In this document: piece by piece, positions 8,612 through 16,229 of the stretch
How the letters are laid out: the number at the start of each line of letters is the position of its first letter
Position numbering within the stretch: position 1 is the first letter of the stretch
Assembly: GCA_000388065.2 (NCBI GenBank)
Contig: KB932207.1
Strand: one strand, 5' to 3'
DNA from: Fonticula alba ATCC 38817
Lineage: Eukaryota > Protista > Nucleariida
Length of the DNA stretch: 16,229 bases
Notes under the pieces: model-generated
Seen by the model: the letters and a program-made list of their open reading frames with translations, nothing else
Database searches by the model: none
Told to the model about the DNA's origin: nothing
Program-made: the position numbers and the translations under genes

Positions 8612-11600
8612 CTAGCCCCGGCCGCCGAGGGAGGAACCGGCGGCCCCACCGCCGCCATTGGCCCAGCGCGAGCCGACCGACGAGGAGAACATCGACCCGC
8701 CGGCGATCCCCTCACTTCCAGGCCGGAAGATGGCGCTGGCGAGGAATTGCCCCACGAGCTCGTTGAACTCCTCCACAGGCCCCGGCGGCAGCTGCGGGAA
8801 GCGCTTGATATTGAAGGCATCCAGGTATAGGCAGGCCACGAGCATGGATTCCAGGGCCGAGCGGTAGACGTCCGCCCGGCGGGCCAGCTGCCGGAAGACA
8901 TAGGCAAACACCTTGCACCGGAGGAGGGGATCCGCCTCGGACGCACTCAGGTCTACGGCGCTCGGAGCCACGCGGTTCAAGATTGCCCGCGCATCGTGGT
9001 TGATCCGGCCGAGGACGCGCATATGATCTGCCACATTGTACACGGGGCGCGGTGCAAGAGGAAACCGGCCGACAGGAGGGAGGAGGGTGTCAGTGTGTGT
9101 GGCTGTGTGTGGCTGTGTGTGGCTGTGTGTGTGGCTGTGTGTGGCTGTGTGTGGCTGTGTGTGGCTGTGTGATTGTGGGCGCGCGGGCGCGGGCGCATAT
9201 GCGCATGCCGCGGCGCCGGCGAGAGGGCACACCGTGAGAGTATGGGGGGAAAAAGACATACCGGGCTCGCCGCCGCTGGGGGCGAACTTTTGCGCCAGGA
9301 CACGCCCCCAGTGCGACAAAATCAGCGCATACTCGGCCCCGACGTCGCCCAGGGACTGCTCACTCAGGCATTGCTCGGCCAGGCGCTCCATGGTGACGAT
9401 GGCCTGCATGATGTACTGGGAGCTGAAGTCGATGCGGGAAATGTCGCGGTGGCTCAGCAGAAGCTCCGACCCGAAGGGCATGCCCATGACCGGGCCGCCC
9501 ATGCCGGAGGCCTTGCCACCGTCGCCGCTGCCATCTCTCCCCCGGCCGGCCGGCCCCGAGGCGACACCGCCATCATCGGCTGCCTCCGGGCCCGGGTAGT
9601 CGATGGCCACGAAGTCCGGATCGCATGCCCCATCATCCGGCGAATCCCCCGAGTAGGCATGCTCATCGCCATGCGACATGATGGGCGAGGAGGCCGGCGG
9701 GGTGGACGGCCAGCCGGAAGCCGGCACATCGCCCGGCCCAGGTGGATTCCCCCCCGGGAGGGCGCCCGCCAGGGATGGCGTCGCCATCGGTGCCGCCGCG
9801 TCGCCGGGCCCGGCGGCCCCCGCCGAGCAATCGGCCACCAGGGGATCGGCCACGCCAGAAGCCGGTGGCCCCTGGGGCGCCCCGGCGTGCTGGTGGTGGA
9901 ACATGCCCCCGCCGGCGGTGTACGGATGCGACCCCATGCCCCCGATGAGGGCGGCCGATCCGCCAAAGTGCGTCGGCGGCGAGGTCCCGGAGCTGATGTC
10001 GCGGAAGACATTTGTCCGCGGGATGGAGCTGGTCCGGCCACGGGGAGCGAAGTTCGGCGCATGGCCCGGCCCCGCGCCACTTACACCACCATTGCCGGCA
10101 TCGGCCCCGGGATGCCCGGGTCCGGTGGCCAACGGGGGGAAGGGGATCGGCTGCGCCGGGGAAGTGCCCGAGCCGGCCAGCGTGGCCGTCGCCGTGGCAT
10201 CGGCCCCGGCCGACGACCTGGATGCCGAGGCACCGGGCACATGGGGCCCGGTCGGGCCTCCGCCGGCTGAGGCCGCCGCCGGCGTGGCGGCCCCGCCAGC
10301 AGCGGCCGCCGCCGAGCGGTCCGACGAGGTGGACGCCGGAGCCGTCGGCCTCCCCCCGCCGGCCGCCGAGGAAGGATTGACCAATGTCCCGATGAAGGAC
10401 TCCACCTCTTCCATGCGCAGGCCGCTGGCCTCCGTGGCCAGGGCCGCATATTCCGCCCCCAGGAGCCACTGGTTGATGGCCGCCTCGGGCAGCGACAGCC
10501 GGAAGAGCGGCCGCACATTCAGCGTCAGGCGGAGGAAATTCTGCACCTGCCGCGAAGCACCGATCGGGCTGGCCGCCAGATTGTCAATGGCCGCATGGGT
10601 CTTGCTTTGGATCTCCTCCAGGATGGGCCGGATGTCCATGCGCTTTTTGAGGGAATTCAGCAGCTGGAAGTTGAGGGCCAAATCGCGGAAGGTGGCCATC
10701 AAATGCGCGCCGGTGAGCATGAAGAAGACCAGGCACCCGACGGACCAGATGTCGATCTTGAGCGTGTAATTCTGGAAAGCCACCTCGGGCGCCTGAAGGA
10801 CATGCCCCCCCAGCAAACGGGCGGGGCGCAGGAAGATGCAGCAGAGAGTGGCGTCAGCATGGGCACCGGTGGGGCAGAGGGCGGGGGGAAAGGGGACAAA
10901 GCATGGCCGGGGGGGGTCTCCCCGGCCGGGGGCCCGCCGTGTGCGTACCATGTAGAGCGGCGTGCCGGCCACGGTCATCGGGCAATCGCCCATGTTCGAG
11001 GCGATGAGGCTTTTATCTTCAAGCAGGCGCGCCAGGCCGAAGTCCGCCAAGCGGATGCTATACGGCTCGTAGGGGTGCTTACGGGACAGCAGGACATTCT
11101 TCGGTGACAGGTCGCGATGGACAAGGCTGGCATTGTGTAGAGCCGAGAGGCCGTCAACTAAGAAGGGCAGGTGGAGAGTCCGCCCACAGGAAGAGAGAGA
11201 GAGAGAGAGAAAGAGAGAGTTAACACGGGGAGGAGAAGGTGTGGGAAGGAGGGTGGCGGGAGAGGCGCACTGATTTGGATCGTTGTCAGACGGGCCTGCT
11301 CCTCGTTGAGTGGCCCGTGACGAGAAAGGTAGTCACTGAGTGAGCACTTGCAAAGCTCCGTCTCCAGCACGACGAAGCGGGTATCCTGGAAGCGGTAGTC
11401 CTGTGTGTGTGTGTGTGTGCGTGTGTGCGTGTGTGAAGGAGACGGGAGGCGGGTAAGCGGCGGAGGGGGGGNNNNNNNNNNGGAGTGGAAGGACAAGAAA
11501 TGAGGCCACAAGAAACAGGCAGCGAGGGCCGGCCAGACGGGGAGAGGGGGACACGGGAGGGGGGAGGCCACGAACGTGCACGCGATACAGGGTCAGGAGA

Positions 11601-12046
11601 TGACGGGAGTTGAGTTTCGACAAGCCCTCCATGAAGCGGATTTCCTTCTCGACATTGGTCGTGGAGTTCAGGTTCTCCGAGCCCCGTTGGGTGGAGTCGG
11701 CCACGCAAAGGATCTTCAAGGCCACATTGGCATGGTCCTGCATGTGAGGCACATGTCCCGGGGGGGGGGGGGGGAGAAGGGAAAGCGATTGGGCATGTCA
11801 GTCGGCCGGGCGAAGGTGCGAGCATCTTTGTGGGTGTGTACGCAGGGGGGCCACTGGCGCCAGTGAAGAAAGAGGACGAGAGGGAGAGAGGGAGAGAGGG
11901 AGAGAGAAGCAGACAATCGGGAGGCGCACCGGACGCTGAGCAGAATACACCGCACCGAAGGATCCGAAGCCGATGTGCTGGTAATTGGTGTATCCGACCT
12001 GCTGGACCGCCTCAGGGAGGATCTTGAACCCAGGGGGATGGTTCAT
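8612..12046 (-). CDS. ATG1: Atg1/ULK-like serine/threonine protein kinase, 6 exons, 854 aa
   Basis: Exons (minus): 11930-12046, 11576-11737, 11271-11400, 10949-11157, 9262-10792, 8612-9027, totalling 2565 nt in frame. Kinase motifs: IGFGSFGAVY, VALK, EKEIRFM, SLSDYL, HRDLSPKNVLLS, ADFGLARLL, GTPLYM|APE, DIWSVG. These are followed by a long A/G/P/S-rich linker with a DPDFVAI LIR-like motif and a predicted helical C-terminal domain containing YRSALESM, which is the Atg1/ULK architecture. Kinase identity is near-certain; the Atg1/ULK subfamily call is less so. Confidence 0.8.
9093..9176. repeat. 10-nt minisatellite (GGCTGTGTGT)n, about 7 copies, in the last kinase intron
   Basis: Units start at 9101, 9111, 9121 (plus an extra GT), 9133, 9143, 9153 and 9163. 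Confidence 0.9.
11472..11481. other. Assembly gap (10 N) in kinase intron 2
   Basis: N run next to a G run. Confidence 1.
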
Positions 12047-14314
12047 GGCGGATCCTCGGGGAAAGGGGGGAAGAGGAGCGGAGAGAAAGGGGGAGGCGGA
12101 GGGAAAGGGGGAACAAGGGGGAGGGGGGAGGAATATACAGTCGAGGGGAGGGGGGACGGGAAGAGCAGAGGGGGGCATTGATGATGATGATGAGATCGCC
12201 CCCGGACTGGGGACATGCCGAAGAATCCGGGGCACCTTGATCGCAGGCGCCACACTCCGGCGGCACAGGGAGTGGGATCTGAGCGGGGCACGGGGGACGG
12301 GGGAGCGGGGGAGCGGGGGGGGGGGGGGCATATCGCTCGACATGCGTGCGGGGCAGGGGGATTGCTGGCGCAGCACGGGCTGTGGGAGTCAATCGATCGT
12401 CAATTCGGGGGCAAATCCCCCGCACGGGCCAGGTTTGGAGCCCAACCTGCCGGGGTGCGGGCTCGCCGCGAGACATGGCCCGCCCGGATGCGCGCGTATG
12501 TTCCGGCGCCGAAGCCAGTGCCCATTGACGGGGCCGCCTTCTTCCCGGGGGGGGGGGGGGGGGATGCAATCAGAGTCCCCCACACGCGCAAGCAAGCGGC
12601 GGGGGGCCTGTGCCGTGGAAAGCACCACCCTGGCTCACACACCTGCGCACTCGCTCGCCCAAACGCCGGGAGACTGCGTGTTGATCCCCCCGCCCCCCCC
12701 GCGCCCGGGGGCCAAAACACAAGGTCCCCCGTCCGGCTGGCCCGAGTGCCGCCGGCATGCTGGACGCCCCCCGCACGTCCGACCCCGGCGGCCGATCACT
12801 GGTCCGCCCGCCATCCCCCAGGGAGCAGCGGGCGGTGAGAGACCCCGGCGAAGAACCGCCCCGCTGCTGGGCTTTTGCATCACCCGCCCGCGGTGCCCCC
12901 CCCCCCCCCCCCGCGTCCCAGCGCCGGTGGATCGTGCACCTGTCTTTGTCAGCGCGAATCTCTGAAAAGGGTAAGTGGTGAGCGCGCGCGGCAGCCACCA
13001 CATGCCGGATGGGGCCCCATGCCCGATCATCGCCTCCTGCCCGAAAGTGCACCGTCCTGTGTGCGCGGGCTCGCCGAGATCCCACACGCCCCGCCCCCCC
13101 CCCCCCCCCGGCTGGGACCAGTGTGTGTCCCGCTCGGCCCTTTTTGGGCAGGGCTGGCGCCCCCTTCCCGTGGGGGCGATGACGGTGGCCCGAAATCAGG
13201 CGCAGCGGGGGCGGGCGCGGCTCGGGGGGTGGGGAAGACCCAATGGCCGTGGCGGACGTGCGCGCGCGCACACACGTGCACCTTCTCTACATGCTGGATC
13301 CTCGAAACAGCAGCGCCCTGCCCCGCCGCCACATCACTGCGCACTCCGAAAGGGTGCATCGGCCGCGCGCGGCACCGCTCCACCCCACACGGGCCGACCG
13401 ACTTATCAATGATCCGGAGCACGGCCCCCCGCCCTGCCCTTCCCGGCCCCGCCCCAGCCTCTCACCCCCCATCCCCCCCCCCCCCCCCCCCGCGGGCGCC
13501 GGACAGTCCGGGGGGGGCATGCTCGCTCTTTCTCTCCCCTTCCTCTCGCGGCATGAGGCGACCCTGCCCCCTCGGCCCCCCCGGCTGGCTCCTGCCCGCA
13601 CCACTCCCCCCGCAAGCCCCGCGGGGCTGGCCTCTGCCGTCCGCCCAACAGGCAGCAGACGACCCTCCCCTCCCGGTTCGCTTTGTCGCCGGCAGAGGCG
13701 CGTCCGCTGGCCGGGCGCGCGCCGCCGCCCCTCGGCCGCTCGAGAAGCAGAGGCGGGGACATAGCCCCGCCGTGGCCGCGCGGTTTCCGCCAGCAGGGGA
13801 GGCGCGGCCGGCCAAAACCCAGTATCGCACTAGGTGAAATGTACCCGGTCACGGGCCGGGTCATGTGTTTATAATGTTGAAAATCTCCGCCGCCCCGAAC
13901 ACATGTGTCCCCCGGCCGGCCGGCCGGCGCGGGCATGGCGTCCCCCCCCCCTCCCGCCAGCAGATGGGGGCTTCGCCCGGGTGAGGGGGGAGCCCGGCTC
14001 GGAACATGTGCGGCAGATGCCGAGGGCCGGCGACCGGAGCGCCGGAGAACCAACTCCCATCCCCGGGCCCAGATCACCGCCGCCGGGCTCGGGCCCCCAC
14101 CGCCGGGCAGGTCAGACCGCGACGGGCGGGCCCGGGTCCACGGCATCACCGGGCCGAGGGCACACACGCGCCGGCACACCCATGCTCCCGGCGCCGCCAT
14201 GCCCGCACGTTTCCTTTTCCGTAAGCACACCACACACCGGCGCCCCGGCCGGGCCGCCTCTCCACGCCCGGTTGTAACCATCCTACCCGATCCCCCCATC
14301 CCTCTTCCTCCCCC

Positions 14315-14400
14315 NNNNNNNNNNNNNNNNNNNNNNNNNNNNNNNNNNNNNNNNNNNNNNNNNNNNNNNNNNNNNNNNNNNNNNNNNNNNNNNNNNNNNN
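14315..14400. other. Assembly gap (86 N) just upstream of the ABC transporter ATG
   Basis: N run flanked by C runs. Confidence 1.
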
Positions 14401-14431
14401 CCCCCACACCGACACCGCTCTCGCCTCCGGC

Positions 14432-16149
14432 ATGCTGGCCGCCCGCGCACGACTCGCCCACCTTCTTGCCTCCCCCCATCTCGTCCGCCACCCCTCCTCC
14501 TCCTCCTCCTCCTTCGTCGCCGCTGCCGCCACCGCTGCCGGCCCCGCCGCCCCCCGCTCCCTGGCCCCGAAGAACCCCCTCGCCGGCCTCTCTCTCCTCG
14601 CGCACCGTCGCGAAGCCCGGCCCGCCGCTGCCGCCTCCCCCTCTCGCCCTATCCGGTCCCCGCTTGCCTTGGCCCCCCTCCCCCGGCCCCTCCTTGCCAT
14701 GACCGCCGCCGCTCCCTCGCTGCCGGCCGACTCGATTCGCGCCTACGCCACCACCGCCAACCCGGCCCCCGCCGACCCGGCCCCCGCCCCGAAGACCACC
14801 AAGGAGGCCCGCGCCTCGCGGTCCGACATGAAGCGTCTCTTCTCGCTGCTGTCCACCGAGAAGGTCAAGTTGGCAAGTGCGTCCTGGCCCTCGGGCGCCC
14901 CCTTTGCTCGATGCGGCTGCCCCTTCCTCCCCTCGCCCGCCTGCCCACTTACCCACCCCCATACACACGCACACGCACACACACACGCACGCACGCACGC
15001 ACGCACACACACCACAAAATCATCATCATCATCATCACCTCCCCACCCCCGGGCAGTTCTCGTTCCCTGCCTGCTTGGCTCTTCGCTCATCCAGTCTGTC
15101 ATCCCCTACTCCACGGGCCAGGTGGTGGACATGCTGAGCACCTCCTCCAGTGCGGACATTCTCCAGTACCTGACCTCCCTCGGTGGGGTGTTCACCGTCG
15201 GTGCCGCGGTCGGCCTCGTCCGCATCATCACCCTCGGCTACTTGCGGGAGAGCGTTGATCGCCGCCTGCGTGGGGATGTCTTTGCCTCAACGCTGCAGCA
15301 GGTACGGCCTCCCCGGCTGGCGGGTCTTCCCTTTGGCTCCTCCCGTGCTTGGCTTATTCCCCATCCACTCACCCCTCCTCTTGCCGATGCACACGCGCGC
15401 ATGCACACCCTTCCCCTATCCATCCCCCCCCCCCTGCATGCACACACACACACACACACACATACACACATGACCCACTGCAGGAGAGCGACTTCCTCAA
15501 TAGTACCCGCTCGTCGGACGTGGCCACCCGGCTGTCGGCCGATGTGGACGTTGTCGGCGAGACCCTCACCACCAATGTCAATGACACCACTCGCGCCCTG
15601 GGGCAGATCTCCGTCGGCATGACCATGATGCTGTACACCTCGCCCATCCTGACCGCCAAGCTGGCCTTCATTGTCCCGCCGGTGGCCCTTTTCGCCATCT
15701 TCTTCGGCAGCTACACCAAGCGCAACTCGACCCTCCGCCAGGCGGCCCTGGCCCGGGCCAGCTCCTTCGCCGACGAGCGCCTGGCCGCGGCGAGCATTGT
15801 CCAGGCCAATGCCCAGGTTGCCCGCGAGGTGGGCACCTACCGCAACCTGATCGGCTCGGTGTATGACATCGGTCGCCGGGTGTCCCGCATTCGCGGTGTC
15901 TTCTACAGCTCGGTGCGTGCCGCCGTCGTCCCCCGTGTCCACCCTGGCCCTTGTGACTTTCGGCCCCTGACATTCCTTCCCGCCCGCCCGCCCGCCCGTC
16001 CGCCCGCCCATAGCTCGGCTGGCTGGCCAACATGGGCATTGTGTCGGCCCTGTGGTTCGGCTCGCAGGAGGTCCTGGCTGGCAGCATCACCCTCGGTGGG
16101 CTGACCTCCTTCATGATCTACACCGGTCTTGTGGGCGCCACCCTGAAGA
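14432..16149 (+). CDS. MDL1: Mitochondrial half ABC transporter, ABCB10/MDL1-like; 5' partial (presequence plus transmembrane domain), continues beyond the window
   Basis: Exons: 14432-14876, 15057-15301, 15484-15912, 16014-16149, followed by a GTGCGT donor at 16150. There is an Arg/Ala/Leu/Ser-rich N-terminus, then ABCB-type TMD motifs: DMKRLFSLLSTE, IPYSTGQVVD, RLRGDVFASTLQQ|ESDFLN, TRLSAD, ADERL, ITLGGLTSFMIY. The nucleotide-binding domain is not in the window. The start ATG is just after a gap (14315-14400), so an upstream start cannot be excluded. ABCB10 versus ABCB8/MDL2 is not resolved. Confidence 0.8.
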
Positions 16150-16229
16150 GTGCGTCTGCCGGGCTCCTTCGTCCTTTCTCAACCGCCAGCGCGCCTGGCC
16201 CCACTGCGCCCGGGGGCTCTCTTCCCCCC

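Noticed and set aside
7391-8615. Long ORFs on both strands between SPT6 and the kinase (7227-8615 plus, 7391-8599 minus)
   Set aside because: Low-complexity R/G/P/A composition typical of GC-rich non-coding DNA; they cross simple repeats and show no domain motifs.
9093-9176. Regular repeat as a possible CRISPR or telomeric array
   Set aside because: It is a 10-nt head-to-tail minisatellite with no spacers, inside a spliceosomal intron of a eukaryotic gene.
8612-11050. 812-aa ORF as a complete single-exon kinase
   Set aside because: It starts at an internal Met just before DFG and reads through two introns. The N-lobe is in four upstream exons.
11852-11865. Perfect 14-bp palindrome CACTGGCGCCAGTG in kinase intron 1
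   Set aside because: Single short occurrence with no flanking duplication or second copy; plausible by chance in GC-rich DNA.
12170-12200. TGATGA repeats as a possible C/D snoRNA box C
   Set aside because: Part of a (TGA)n microsatellite; no convincing box D with a terminal stem was found.
14432-15622. 396-aa ORF as a complete protein with His/Thr and poly-Ser repeats
   Set aside because: It reads through intron 14877-15056 and into intron 15302-15483. The HTHT and SSSS runs are (CA)n and (TCA)n microsatellites.
688-16149. SPT6, Atg1-like kinase and ABCB10-like transporter as a functional gene cluster
   Set aside because: Three housekeeping genes from unrelated pathways; adjacency in a compact eukaryotic genome is not evidence of a shared system.

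Overview
GC-rich, intron-containing eukaryotic DNA with three N gaps. Short (about 100-230 nt) introns, CTGAC branch points and microsatellite-filled introns suggest a unicellular opisthokont such as Fonticula; this is a tentative inference. Three spliced genes can be reconstructed by hand. (1) SPT6 transcription elongation factor / histone chaperone, minus strand, 688-7506. (2) An Atg1/ULK-like Ser/Thr kinase, minus strand, 8612-12046, 854 aa. (3) The 5' half of a mitochondrial ABCB10/MDL1-like half ABC transporter, plus strand, from 14432 past the window end. The most striking observation is a 150-nt exon at 97-246 that lies downstream of the SPT6 stop codon. It encodes the conserved N-terminal SPT6 segment that is missing at the N gap (6889-7029), and its splice phases fit there exactly. 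The likeliest cause is homopolymer-mediated misassembly; duplication or non-colinear splicing are not excluded. Other points of note are a GTRCGY-type splice donor consensus, an HRDLSPKN catalytic loop, a ULK-type LIR motif and a Gly/Tyr prion-like SPT6 tail. No rRNA, tRNA, CRISPR array or mobile element was recognised, and no new biological system is demonstrated by the sequence alone.
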